A stretch of DNA of 64,000 nt from Patescibacteria group bacterium. Lineage in GTDB: Bacteria; Patescibacteriota; WWE3; UBA101185; UBA10185. The DNA is taken from contig JBMORU010000001.1 of NCBI GenBank assembly GCA_049322215.1, positions 772,023 through 836,022 of the forward strand, written 5' to 3'. Position 1 is the stretch's first letter. Every line of letters starts with the position of its first letter. This document shows, in pieces, positions 1-9,936 of the stretch. The notes beneath the pieces were generated by a model. That model saw nothing but the letters and a program-made list of their open reading frames with translations, was not told the origin of the DNA and searched no databases. Made by a program: the position numbers and the translations under genes.

Positions 1-42
1 TTAACCGCGAAATCTATTTTGTAAACTAGCAAAAACTCGATG

Positions 43-72
43 TTGATACTATAGGGCATTTAATGCTATAAT
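43..72 (+). promoter_or_regulatory. promoter TTGATA-18-(TG)TATAAT with CTATAGGGCAT box in spacer
   Basis: read directly; about 35 nt upstream of the RBS of ORF 108-530. Confidence 0.45.
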
Positions 73-107
73 TTTCCCACAAATCTTATACATATAAGGA
101 GGACTAA

Positions 108-530
108 ATGTCCAAAAGTCAATATAATAAGGGTGATGATGCTGAATTGGATGCAATCTGGAAAGAATTACAGGTTGTTATCAGGGCAATGGCCAAACTT
201 AACAAAGGCTTAAACATCGAATCCCTTCGTTTTCGCGCTTATTATCCTGGAAACCCGGGTGGTTTGAGCAGAGGTGAATTCAAAAGCTGGGTAACTGCAA
301 ATGTTTCCTATCGAGAAAAACCCGAGCTTCACAACCGTGCCGATGCAGAACTAGAAAAGCACCATAAGGTACTGAAAAAAATCTGGAAACAACTTAAGAA
401 AAGGTTTCCCAAGTTGGATCACGTTCTTGTCGCTCCACGCTACGGAAATGTTTTCGCAGAAGGTTTCCACATCGAGACCCAGGGTCCTTATGCTGCTAAC
501 TTCTATGCCAAGCCTCGTTTGAAGAAATAA
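108..530 (+). CDS. hypothetical protein (140 aa), GC-richer than flank; preceded by AGGAGG RBS and a sigma70-like promoter carrying the CTATAGGGCAT box
   Basis: ORF with RBS aaggagg 6-8 nt upstream; promoter TTGATA-18-TATAAT at 43-72; T-run hairpin downstream at about 560-590. Confidence 0.4.
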   Translation: MSKSQYNKGDDAELDAIWKELQVVIRAMAKLNKGLNIESLRFRAYYPGNPGGLSRGEFKSWVTANVSYREKPELHNRADAELEKHHKVLKKIWKQLKKRFPKLDHVLVAPRYGNVFAEGFHIETQGPYAANFYAKPRLKK

Positions 531-632
531 CTTCTACACGCTGTTAGTTTAAGAAACTCAACCGTCTTAAACTAGCAGCTTTTTTTTTGCAATGCTACAA
601 TTACCTCCCAAATTTTAATAAGGAGACTGCAA

Positions 633-863
633 ATGGAAACGACCAACAAAAGATACACTTTGGTGTACATACCCGTGTTTGATAGTTGGTATATAAAAGA
701 CAATAATGATGTTGATCCTTTAGCGCTGCTAACCTCTATGTGTTCGGTGACTATTTACATTCCAAATGCAAAGGGGTTTAAGTCGCCTGAGGGGGCAATT
801 AAATTTTTGCAACAAAAAGTTGATCCATATGTTGCCTTAAAGCAAAGCCGCGTTTTAGCTTAA
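633..863 (+). CDS. hypothetical small protein (76 aa)
   Basis: RBS taaggagactgcaaATG; no recognisable motif. Confidence 0.3.
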   Translation: METTNKRYTLVYIPVFDSWYIKDNNDVDPLALLTSMCSVTIYIPNAKGFKSPEGAIKFLQQKVDPYVALKQSRVLA

Positions 864-916
864 ACTCTTAGTTTTGCTATAATGACAAACACAAATCCCA
901 CTGTTAGGAGAGTACA

Positions 917-1159
917 ATGAAAAATCAGCAAAAAGATTCTTGGTTTGACGCCGTGAAGTTTTTGGGTCGTACATGGCTACACTGTCGTGGAGATAGGTTT
1001 TATACCCTTGAGGAAATTTCCAAACGCACAGGTTTCTCAAAGGGTGAAACTACCTATCTTGTAAAAATTCGTTTACAGCATTGGTTCCTTGAGAGTCCTT
1101 TAGGTAACGGACAGTATAAACGTATTAAAAAAGGTAAATACGTTAAACCAAATCATTGA
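917..1159 (+). CDS. hypothetical small basic protein (80 aa)
   Basis: RBS aggagagtacaATG; preferred over the overlapping minus-strand ORF 855-1040, which has no RBS; hairpin terminator about 1168-1207. Confidence 0.3.
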   Translation: MKNQQKDSWFDAVKFLGRTWLHCRGDRFYTLEEISKRTGFSKGETTYLVKIRLQHWFLESPLGNGQYKRIKKGKYVKPNH

Positions 1160-1241
1160 GCAAAAAAAGAAATGAGGTTTTTACTTTTAATAAAAGCCTC
1201 ATTTCTCCTTAATTCCAAAGTATAGTAGTATTCTTGTTGTT

Positions 1242-3242
1242 ATGAACTTCAAACGCTTTATTCCGTTGATTGCCTTGTTTGTTTTAGTTGGTGCTTATAT
1301 TGTTTTCAACTTACCTGCAAGTAATCAATCAACACTTAAAAAAATTACAAATAAAAGTACAAATTCTCCTGTGGTTTTAGTGGGTGAAAGTTGGAGTATT
1401 GGCGAAATCAAGTCTGATTATGAGGTAAGTAGTGAACTGTTACCTTTTAGGTCAAGTGCATGGTGGAAGCACCCTGAAATAAACAATTGTAATACTTATG
1501 TTTATCCCTACCCTTATGTTTTAGAATTAAATAGCAATAAAATAGGTGTTGGTATTTTATCACCATTACCATCAAAAGATTTTGTTGTTGGAAAAAAGGC
1601 AGGATTAATAAACTTTACTTTTAATGGTGAATTCACTAAGTGTGGTGTGACAAGTGCGCAACAATTAAGTGCTGACTTCAATTTAAAAAATGACAGCACC
1701 ACTGTAAATATTTTTGCAGCTAAGGGGTTAGGATATATTTATTTTGATACAAATGCTACAACATTATCACTTGAAGCCGCTGAAATTTCTAAATTAGAAA
1801 ATTTTGACAATAGAGTAATTGCCACTACTAACGAAACTACATTTGGTATAGAGTTTAATTCTTCAGTTAATATTGAAGATAAAAATAAAATTACTTCTAC
1901 TAATAGCGATTCCCTAAAATTTTCAGTATTTTTAATGCCAAATGGTTATACAAATGACCTGTTTGCAAATGTTCCGCAAAATAAAGTTGATTTCATAAGC
2001 ACATTCTCACAATCGGAGGACTCATATATGCAGGAATTCAAATTGAGCGAAGCAGTGCCCGTATATTTAATGCCTCATCACTACATCAATAAAGAAAACC
2101 CAAGCGAAGTTTTTGTTTCAACACTTAGAGGAAACATGCGACTTGAAGTTACCGATTTTTTCACAGCAGAAATTCCAAACTATTTGCAACAAGTTCCTAA
2201 ACAAATAAAACTTACAGAACAACAAAAACAAACTTTAGCTACACAGTTAAGAAAAGATATAGGAACCTTTGAAGACTTAAAAAATGCAGATGGAATTTAC
2301 TGGAAAGGTAAAACTTTAGCAAAGTATGTGAATTTACTATACGTGGCAAATTTGGTAGAAGATAAGACTAGCTATGACTTAATTTTTAATGAAATATCTA
2401 CAGAGTTAGACGATTGGTTTTTATTGAGCTCTTTAAGTGATAAAAAATACTTTTCATACGATAACAATTTGGGTGGTTTAGTAAGCAGTTCTGAAGAGTT
2501 TGGTCATCAAGAATACAATGATCATCATTTTCATTATGGATATTGGGTGTACACAATGGGAATGCTTGCCGAGTTAGAACCAAACTATGCGAAAAAATAT
2601 TCTACATTAGTTGATTATTTAATTAGAGATGTTGCAAGCAATGATATGTACGACCCTAGTTTTCCTTATTTAAGACACTTTGATTTATATGAAGGTCATA
2701 GTTATGCCTCTGGTTTAGTATATTTTGCAGATGGAAATAATCAGGAATCCACATCAGAAGCAGTAAACTTTTGGTATGGAGCACACAAATGGTACAACGC
2801 AATGCAAATGGCAGATAAAGCGGATTGGTATTCTGTTGCCTATAATTTAGAGGCCTTTACTTCTAATGTTTATTATCACAATACCTATAATTTGAGCGAT
2901 GTTTTTCCGCCAGAGTACAAACACGAATTAGCCTCTATAGTTTGGGAAGGAAAATATGACTTTGCAACTTGGTTTAGTGCTGATCCAAATGCAATTCATG
3001 GTATTCAAATACTTCCTGTTACATTTGGTTCATACTATTTAAACAACTCTGAGTATGCTAAGCGTAAAATAACTAGTTTAAACAATGAAGCCTTAGAAAA
3101 GTCTTGGGGTGATATAAATTTAGGTTATGAAATAATTAATGGTTTGGCAAAAGAGCAAGATATAGAAAATGTTGTCATTACAGATTCAGGTATTACAAAA
3201 ACATGGCTTTATATGTTACTATACGCAAAGGATATAGGTTAA
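1242..3242 (+). CDS. secreted or membrane-anchored glycoside hydrolase, GH81-like (endo-beta-1,3-glucanase family)
   Basis: N-terminal TM/signal anchor; motifs YNDHHFHYGYW and NNQESTSEAVNFWYG resemble the conserved GH81 catalytic-region motifs (established family knowledge; no search run). Confidence 0.55.
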   Translation: MNFKRFIPLIALFVLVGAYIVFNLPASNQSTLKKITNKSTNSPVVLVGESWSIGEIKSDYEVSSELLPFRSSAWWKHPEINNCNTYVYPYPYVLELNSNKIGVGILSPLPSKDFVVGKKAGLINFTFNGEFTKCGVTSAQQLSADFNLKNDSTTVNIFAAKGLGYIYFDTNATTLSLEAAEISKLENFDNRVIATTNETTFGIEFNSSVNIEDKNKITSTNSDSLKFSVFLMPNGYTNDLFANVPQNKVDFISTFSQSEDSYMQEFKLSEAVPVYLMPHHYINKENPSEVFVSTLRGNMRLEVTDFFTAEIPNYLQQVPKQIKLTEQQKQTLATQLRKDIGTFEDLKNADGIYWKGKTLAKYVNLLYVANLVEDKTSYDLIFNEISTELDDWFLLSSLSDKKYFSYDNNLGGLVSSSEEFGHQEYNDHHFHYGYWVYTMGMLAELEPNYAKKYSTLVDYLIRDVASNDMYDPSFPYLRHFDLYEGHSYASGLVYFADGNNQESTSEAVNFWYGAHKWYNAMQMADKADWYSVAYNLEAFTSNVYYHNTYNLSDVFPPEYKHELASIVWEGKYDFATWFSADPNAIHGIQILPVTFGSYYLNNSEYAKRKITSLNNEALEKSWGDINLGYEIINGLAKEQDIENVVITDSGITKTWLYMLLYAKDIG

Positions 3243-3289
3243 TTTAATAATTATCTCTAAATTACTCCTATTAATTATAATAGGATTTT

Positions 3290-4816
3290 TTGCGCATGAA
3301 GACTATAAACAAGCTTAATCAAAAGAAGGTGATATCTCCGGCTATTACAACAATAGTCGCACTTTCAATTTTTTCAGGACTTTACTACTTAATATTCCTT
3401 TTTAATTCAGACAATATTAGCGACTTTTTATTTTATTCAGTTGCAGTAATTGTTGAACTTTACGTTATTGTTACAGCAATTTTCACTTGGTGGACAATAA
3501 TCTTTCATGATAAAGGTGTAGAAATTGTAAAAGAATTTAAATCCAGTGGTAAGCCTTTTCAAGGGAATGTGGCAGTAATACTTGCTGTTTATACAGAACC
3601 ATTAAGAATTGTTGAAGAAACACTTAATGCATGTAAAAACTTAACTGTTCCACACACTTTGTACGTTGGCGATGATAGTGGTCGTTATGAAGTAAAAGCT
3701 TTAGCTGAAAAATACGGAGCTATTTACATTTCAAGAGAAAAAAACACATATAATAAGTCAGGTAATATAAACAATGTTTTATCTCAGGTTAAAGAAGATT
3801 TTGTGGTTACATTTGATATAGACCATAAACCTTTACCACAATTTTTAGAAAAAACACTTCCATATTTTAATGATGCTGAGGTTGCCTTTGTGCAAACTCC
3901 GCAATATTACACAAATACAAGTTCTACTATAGCTAAAGGAGCCTCTGGTGCGCAAAACATTTTTTACGAATTAATTATGCCAGGCAAAAACGCATTTAAT
4001 TCTGCAATTTGTGTTGGTACAAATGTTATTTACAGAAAAAAAGCACTAGATGAGGTTTTAAATGGAGGCATATATTTATTAGACCACTCAGAAGATATTT
4101 ACACAGGCTTAACGTTGCATGCCGCAGGCTGGAAATCTGCTTATGTACCCGAAGTATTGGCTGAAGGTTTAGCTCCAACCGAAATAGATTCTTATTTTAG
4201 ACAGCAGTTACGTTGGGCAAGAGGCGGTTTTAGTATTTTATTTAATTTCAATAAACTGTTTAGTAAAAAACTAACTATTGAACAAAAAGCTCAGTACGTT
4301 TTTTCTACGCTACATTATTTTAGTGGTTTTGCCATTTTGTTTTATTTACTAATGCCTATAGTTTATTTATTAACTGGAATAAAACCTTTTGCAGTTGCTG
4401 ATTCCACTACATGGATACTACATTTTATGCCGTTTTTCTTATCAAAATTTTTACTAATTTTGTACTTAATGGAACACTTTGATCCTGCACTTTTGTCTAC
4501 TTCTTTGGGTTTGTTTCCTGTGTACATAAAGGCGTTTTTTATAGAACTATTAGGAAAAAAAGACTACAGCTGGGAAGTAACCAATAGCGAAGAGCTAAGT
4601 AATAACGAAAAACGCTCTGTATATGATTATTTAGTTTCACACGTATTTATAATTTTGTTGTCTCTTGTGGCAATATTTACCGGCTTAATAACTCTTCAGG
4701 ATAAAGTAACTGCATTTATGTTTTCATTTTGGGCAGGAGTAAATGTAATTTTACTTATTCACTTTATTTATGCAGCTTTAGAAAAAAAGACCGAGGTAAA
4801 AATATATGACTTTTAA
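3290..4816 (+). CDS. processive family-2 glycosyltransferase, cellulose/curdlan-synthase-like (BcsA/CrdS-type catalytic subunit, no PilZ domain)
   Basis: N-terminal TMs, DDSG and FDIDH (D,D / DxD), VQTPQYY, CVGTNVIYRKKAL, QQLRWARG (QxxRW) motifs, C-terminal TM cluster. Confidence 0.8.
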   Translation: MRMKTINKLNQKKVISPAITTIVALSIFSGLYYLIFLFNSDNISDFLFYSVAVIVELYVIVTAIFTWWTIIFHDKGVEIVKEFKSSGKPFQGNVAVILAVYTEPLRIVEETLNACKNLTVPHTLYVGDDSGRYEVKALAEKYGAIYISREKNTYNKSGNINNVLSQVKEDFVVTFDIDHKPLPQFLEKTLPYFNDAEVAFVQTPQYYTNTSSTIAKGASGAQNIFYELIMPGKNAFNSAICVGTNVIYRKKALDEVLNGGIYLLDHSEDIYTGLTLHAAGWKSAYVPEVLAEGLAPTEIDSYFRQQLRWARGGFSILFNFNKLFSKKLTIEQKAQYVFSTLHYFSGFAILFYLLMPIVYLLTGIKPFAVADSTTWILHFMPFFLSKFLLILYLMEHFDPALLSTSLGLFPVYIKAFFIELLGKKDYSWEVTNSEELSNNEKRSVYDYLVSHVFIILLSLVAIFTGLITLQDKVTAFMFSFWAGVNVILLIHFIYAALEKKTEVKIYDF

Positions 4817-5585
4817 AAACATAAAAATTTTATTTAAATATTTGTTTATATTTGTTGTTGTTATTAGTATTGGGTATTTCAGGCTATCTAAGGCAAACAC
4901 CGCTCGCAATGATTATTATCAAATAGAAGGTCATTTAGAATATGATGAAGTGCTAATTGGTACTTATGTATCGGGAACTGTTAAAGAGGTTTTGGTTGAT
5001 AAAGGTGATTATATAGAAAAAGGAGATTTATTAATGAAACTTGAGAATGATGTTTTGGTAGAAAAAGTTTCTGGTATGGATCCTTCTAGTCCTTATTTTA
5101 ACGAGCCTGAGTTTAGAGAGCTATACAAAAAAATTCAGTATTTAGACGTTTACGCACCTCAGAGTGGTTATATTATTGAATTAAATTACGAGAAAAACTC
5201 TTTTGTACGAGAAAATGAAATTTTAGCTATATTAGCCCCTCAAGATTCGTTTAAGTATGCTGGAAAAATTGATTATGGAACAAAGTATGGTTCTGGGGTT
5301 GAGCTGCGAGATGCTATAGTTAAAGGTACGCCTGTTCAAATTAAATTTGAGGGTTCTACCGATAAAGTTAGTTCAAAAGTTGTAGATGTAACCCCTGTTA
5401 CAGATGATTTGGGCACAAATTTGGGTGCTGATTTAATACTTTTAGAACAAAGTACTAATGGAACTCTAATTTTAGGTAAAAAGTTTGATATTTTGATAGC
5501 TAAGAAAAACCCTACACAAAAACTAACTGATGCCGCAAAAGAATTTTTTGAGCCAGCATACGTAAGCGGATATGTTAAAAATTAA
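4806..5585 (+). CDS. HlyD-like membrane-fusion/periplasmic adaptor protein (single N-terminal TM, biotin-lipoyl-like hairpin)
   Basis: overlaps upstream GT2 stop by 11 nt; N-terminal TM; LIGTYVSGTVKEVLVDKGDYIEKGDLLMKL resembles the MFP lipoyl-like motif. Confidence 0.5.
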   Translation: MTFKNIKILFKYLFIFVVVISIGYFRLSKANTARNDYYQIEGHLEYDEVLIGTYVSGTVKEVLVDKGDYIEKGDLLMKLENDVLVEKVSGMDPSSPYFNEPEFRELYKKIQYLDVYAPQSGYIIELNYEKNSFVRENEILAILAPQDSFKYAGKIDYGTKYGSGVELRDAIVKGTPVQIKFEGSTDKVSSKVVDVTPVTDDLGTNLGADLILLEQSTNGTLILGKKFDILIAKKNPTQKLTDAAKEFFEPAYVSGYVKN

Positions 5586-7584
5586 ACAACTAATTGCAGA
5601 CATTTTATTTTTACTTTTAATAAGCTCATTTATTGTGAGTGTGTTTTCATTTACTTGGGAAGGTAAATACATAAATACAGGTTATAACGATTGGATTAAT
5701 ATGGCCTATCGAATCTCTTTAGTAAGAGAGTTTGGTTTAACTCATTGGACTCACTTAAGCGGTAATGGTCACAACATTTGGCAGGCCTATCAGTTTATTC
5801 CACAAATTTTAGTAGCTGAATATTCAAAGTTTATGAGCATTTCTGTTACATCTGCTATGTTACGTGTTACATTGGTTGGTTTAATTTTTATGTATTCCAC
5901 TATGTACTTTCTTTTAAGAAAATTCAAAGTCCCCGCATTTTTGGCTTTTGTAACTACTTTCGTTGCCATTGGTGTTCCTCAAATGATGATAAGCATTTGG
6001 GACTTCAGCATTTTCATAGGCTTAGTGTTTGTTCCGTTGTTTTTATACTTAATTTTAAAAAGAGATAAAGAATTTGAAATTGACTTTGTACCTTTTGCGA
6101 TTGGCGTTTCACCCTATATTCATCCAATTTTAAGTTTTAGCACCTTAGCTATACTGGTGCTTTACAACATAATGAATAAAAGATTTAAACAGCTAGCAGC
6201 TGATATGTTTTTTATTATGTTACTGTTTGGCTTTTATATTTCAGGGGCCTTTTTTTATTCAGGTACGTTTTATTATGCAGCTTTCCTGGATAATATGTAT
6301 TTTTTACGTCAAATGACTACTTTTGCTAATTATGGTATTTCTTTATCTACCTTTGCGTTTATTGTTATTTTTTCACTATTGGCATTTTTTAATATATTTA
6401 AGCTTAAAAAATCCGGCAAAAACTTTTTAATGCTTTTTTCATTTTTTATTGTAATTTTAGTTTGGTTAACTGCTACTTATTCATATGAACTGCCGACCAT
6501 CCTCAATAGATTTCAAGTACCACGTTGGATTCCTTTTGCTGTATTGCCCTTACTTTTTGGCATAGGCCTATCTTTAAGTGAATTATCTAAATATACTAAG
6601 TCACCTCGAATGCTAAAAGTTATTGCCTTATTTGTTTTTTGCTTCTTTATTGTTGAAAATACTAGTAACAACTTTTTAACTTCAATTTCACGCTACTCTT
6701 CAATTTCTCAAAACAATTATCAAGATCCTTTAACAGTATTCGAGCAGCAAAACAACATAAAGCTTACTAACTGGGAAAGAGTTTATGCTTTGCACCCCAC
6801 AGAAGTAGCGTTTTATCATTTTAATGACGTTCGAGTAGAGGGTTCGTATTATCACTTTTTATCTAGCCCGATAACATATTTAATTGAAGAAGCTACATTA
6901 ACTCCTAATTATGATAAAGCGCTGTTACAAACGGTTTTAAATTATTATAAGAGTAGGGGAATAAACTACATTATTTTGCCTTCAAACTTATCTGTAACAA
7001 CTGGCTTAGTAAATAATATTAAAGAGTTTCCAGAAATAGAGCTGTTAGATACTGTTGAAAAAATAGATGGAACAGAGTACACAGTTTTTAAAAGTAATTG
7101 GAAATTTACTGATGCTCTTGTATACGATACTACCTATGAGTTTCCCGAATTTGACTACAGCGCATTTGAATACCCCTGGGATCGTGAGTATGTAGATTTG
7201 TACGTAAATGAGTTTGCCAATACTTTATCAAGCGGTGTCCCCTTTAAAGTAACTTATCCTAGCCAGGAGTCAATTTATATTTCGGGGATTCCACCTAAGA
7301 AAGAGGTTTTATTACTTTCTCAATATGATTTTAATTGGTCGGCTAGTGATTCTAACAGTGAAAAAGTTGAAATATTACAAACTGGACCTGGTTATATGCT
7401 TATAAGGAATGACACCAATATAAATAAAAACGTTTTACTAACGCATTTAGAACCAAAATCCGACTATTACGGGAAATTAGTAACTAAAGCAGGTTTATTA
7501 GCATGGCTTATTTCTTTTATTGTTTGGCAATGCTATTTTTATATCAAGCAAAAGAGGACTATAATTACCAATACTAATCCCTAA
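5572..7584 (+). CDS. large polytopic membrane protein with C-terminal extracytoplasmic domain, unknown function (last gene of the glucan operon)
   Basis: 14-nt overlap with upstream gene; many hydrophobic helices in the first 350 aa, hydrophilic C-terminal half, final TM. Confidence 0.45.
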   Translation: MLKIKQLIADILFLLLISSFIVSVFSFTWEGKYINTGYNDWINMAYRISLVREFGLTHWTHLSGNGHNIWQAYQFIPQILVAEYSKFMSISVTSAMLRVTLVGLIFMYSTMYFLLRKFKVPAFLAFVTTFVAIGVPQMMISIWDFSIFIGLVFVPLFLYLILKRDKEFEIDFVPFAIGVSPYIHPILSFSTLAILVLYNIMNKRFKQLAADMFFIMLLFGFYISGAFFYSGTFYYAAFLDNMYFLRQMTTFANYGISLSTFAFIVIFSLLAFFNIFKLKKSGKNFLMLFSFFIVILVWLTATYSYELPTILNRFQVPRWIPFAVLPLLFGIGLSLSELSKYTKSPRMLKVIALFVFCFFIVENTSNNFLTSISRYSSISQNNYQDPLTVFEQQNNIKLTNWERVYALHPTEVAFYHFNDVRVEGSYYHFLSSPITYLIEEATLTPNYDKALLQTVLNYYKSRGINYIILPSNLSVTTGLVNNIKEFPEIELLDTVEKIDGTEYTVFKSNWKFTDALVYDTTYEFPEFDYSAFEYPWDREYVDLYVNEFANTLSSGVPFKVTYPSQESIYISGIPPKKEVLLLSQYDFNWSASDSNSEKVEILQTGPGYMLIRNDTNINKNVLLTHLEPKSDYYGKLVTKAGLLAWLISFIVWQCYFYIKQKRTIITNTNP

Positions 7585-7599
7585 GAAAAGGAGCTAAAT

Positions 7600-7956
7600 A
7601 TGGCATTTATAACAAATTGTCCCAACGGTTTGGATACTTATGTTTATTTGTATTGTTCAGAGTGTGGTTCTTGGAATCCTGTCAAAATTGGAGGTCCTGG
7701 TAAAAAACCTGTGTCCCCCTCAATGTTACTCAACGTACTCGCATTGGTTTTTGATTGTTTGATTCCATTTTCGGTACCGTCTTTATTGGCTCAGTATCTT
7801 CAAACAAGCCCAATTAGTTGGTTTAAATGTACTTGTTGTGGGCATGAGTTTTGTTATGACTCACGTGTGTATTTAGATAACCCACTAAACTACACCATTG
7901 AAGATGCTCGAAAAGCTGGTGCCGATTGTGAACGCTCCCTTACTATGTATGCGTAA
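7600..7956 (+). CDS. small Cys-rich protein, putative zinc ribbon (CSECGSW ... CTCCGHEFC)
   Basis: RBS aaaaggagctaaatATG; two Cys clusters; hairpin terminator 7945-7990. Confidence 0.4.
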   Translation: MAFITNCPNGLDTYVYLYCSECGSWNPVKIGGPGKKPVSPSMLLNVLALVFDCLIPFSVPSLLAQYLQTSPISWFKCTCCGHEFCYDSRVYLDNPLNYTIEDARKAGADCERSLTMYA

Positions 7957-8087
7957 TGAGAAAGGTAAACTGTATTTTTCTCATTACGCTTTTTTTATCC
8001 CTTCGCATCCCAGTAACCCATAGCATTGAACAATTGATGTTTATGTAGTAAAATATCTTAACAAATCAACATAAAAAGGAGAGTCGC

Positions 8088-8519
8088 ATGTTTGACTTTA
8101 GTTGGTTAAGGAAACTTTTTGGTAGTGGAAAAGCAAATAAAATAACTTTTCCCGGGTCCGTTAGTGTTTCGACACAGGTTGGCTTAGGTGCAGAAAAAGC
8201 TCAGCAAATTGCTGGAGTACTGCTAGTAAACCTGCAAATGCATTTTAGCTATACATTGCAAAACCAGCGTGTTATCGCCCAATTACGAAAGGCTTTGGAA
8301 AACCAAGAAAACTACGAGTGGTTACCTCAAAGCTGGTCCCAAATTTACACAACAAAAGATGATCTTGTTTTACTTGGATTTCGCTTGCGTTGGCTTGAAA
8401 GTGGACATCCTTACTTTGATATACGCACTGCACCGAAAGATCGTCTTGCCCTGTCGAGTTGGAACATAAGGCTAAGTTCTGAAATCTACGACCGTTGGAT
8501 TAAAGGACAATTCCGTTAA
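8088..8519 (+). CDS. hypothetical protein (143 aa)
   Basis: RBS aaaaggagagtcgcATG; intrinsic terminator about 8526-8575; GC-richer than backbone. Confidence 0.35.
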   Translation: MFDFSWLRKLFGSGKANKITFPGSVSVSTQVGLGAEKAQQIAGVLLVNLQMHFSYTLQNQRVIAQLRKALENQENYEWLPQSWSQIYTTKDDLVLLGFRLRWLESGHPYFDIRTAPKDRLALSSWNIRLSSEIYDRWIKGQFR

Positions 8520-8626
8520 CATTTCGCCGTATTTAGTACCTAAGCTTTTGTACTAAATGCGGCTTTTTTTTATTTTGCTAATTTTTGGTAAAATCTACTC
8601 ATACAAGCAAAGGAGATTCAAATACA

Positions 8627-9481
8627 ATGAAAAACTTTAACTACTTTTTTGAGCAACCTTTATTTAGGGGAATTTACGGACTGCATGTAATAAGTAATCC
8701 CGAACTCAATTTGGCATTACCTACGGTTTTAATTGTGGTTGGACCCTCTGGTGGAGGTAAAGATACTGTTTTAAGAGACTTGTTTGCAGATGGAACATAT
8801 GTTCATGCTATAACTTCAACAACGAGACGTCGCAGATATGAGTTTGCAGATGATGTTTCTGCGGATAAAAGAGTACAAATTCAGCAGCAACTAGAGAACC
8901 TAACTGACGGTGCCTACCTAGATTGTTTGGACGAGCTGGGCAAAGAGTCTGGTTTGTTTAAGTATCTTGAGTCTCGCGATGCGTACCTATGGCTAAGATC
9001 AAGAAAGCCGGAAGAAGAAGACGATGTTGTTTATCTGCAGCACTTAATTGATGAGTACGACTTAATTGAGTCAGATATACATCACGGAAATATTTACGGA
9101 TTGCCTAAAGCTAACTTGTATGCAGCGGCTCAAAAACCAGGTTTAACAGTTATTAGAACAGAACCTACTGGTGCAAAAACTCTTCTACAAAAACTGTCAG
9201 TGGAGTTTAACGTAGTGGTTTTAGGTGTAGTACCTGATTCACCAGAGGTAGTCAAAGCTAGAATTTTTGCAAGAGTAGAGCAATCAGGTAAGGGTGATGA
9301 AAACCCAGAATTACGTTTTAATGAATCTATGGTTTGGGTAGATGGATTTCCTGCTTTGGTTCATTTGGTGTTGCACAATACCGAAAAAAATGTGAATTAT
9401 CCTGGATTAGATGAACCTATAAAAGGTCTAGAAGCCTCTGTTTTAAGTTTAAGAGCCTTGGCACAGCAACTTAAACCTTAA
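8627..9481 (+). CDS. P-loop nucleoside monophosphate kinase-like protein (guanylate-kinase-like)
   Basis: VVGPSGGGKDTVLRDL P-loop plus AITSTTRRRRYEF resemble the guanylate kinase GPSGxGK...STTRxxR motifs; start moved to the ATG that has the aaggag RBS (ORF track begins 8585). Confidence 0.5.
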   Translation: MKNFNYFFEQPLFRGIYGLHVISNPELNLALPTVLIVVGPSGGGKDTVLRDLFADGTYVHAITSTTRRRRYEFADDVSADKRVQIQQQLENLTDGAYLDCLDELGKESGLFKYLESRDAYLWLRSRKPEEEDDVVYLQHLIDEYDLIESDIHHGNIYGLPKANLYAAAQKPGLTVIRTEPTGAKTLLQKLSVEFNVVVLGVVPDSPEVVKARIFARVEQSGKGDENPELRFNESMVWVDGFPALVHLVLHNTEKNVNYPGLDEPIKGLEASVLSLRALAQQLKP

Positions 9482-9512
9482 AACTAAGCTAATGTAAATA
9501 AAGGAGAAAATC

Positions 9513-9857
9513 ATGAGAGATGAAGTGCCCAATTTAGAGGCAGAGTACGCAGTACATACACAATGTGTTATAGAAATGCCTAGCCCTACTCGCCAAGGTA
9601 GGTTTAGATATTTTTTAATTGCCTATGCACCAGATGCCCCTGACGCCTATGATGATCTAATTGTTCGTAAGGGCTTTCGTGGCGGTTTGAACATTTACAC
9701 TTTAGACGAAGCCGAAGAGCATGGATTGCCCTCGGCTGTTATTACCAGATTAGTCTATTTAAGTGATAAAGACTGGGCAGGTGCGGATGCTATGCGTAAA
9801 AAGCAAAATAGGCGACCAGGAAGCGGTAAACGGTTACCTTCTCGTTTGGTTGCTTAA
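9513..9857 (+). CDS. hypothetical protein (114 aa), basic C-terminus
   Basis: RBS aaaggagaaaatcATG; terminator hairpin about 9866-9911. Confidence 0.35.
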   Translation: MRDEVPNLEAEYAVHTQCVIEMPSPTRQGRFRYFLIAYAPDAPDAYDDLIVRKGFRGGLNIYTLDEAEEHGLPSAVITRLVYLSDKDWAGADAMRKKQNRRPGSGKRLPSRLVA

Positions 9858-9936
9858 AATACAAAGACAGTGAAATTCTACAAAGTATCAAGAATTTCGC
9901 TGTCTATTTTTTTTTCAATAAGTTATTATTAGTTCA

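Noticed and set aside
855-1040. 61-aa minus-strand ORF overlapping 917-1159
   Set aside because: It has no RBS. The plus-strand ORF has an AGGAGA RBS and matches the local gene orientation.
8269-8469. 66-aa ORF inside 8088-8519 in another frame
   Set aside because: It is a same-strand overlapping frame without an RBS. The longer ORF has the RBS and a terminator.
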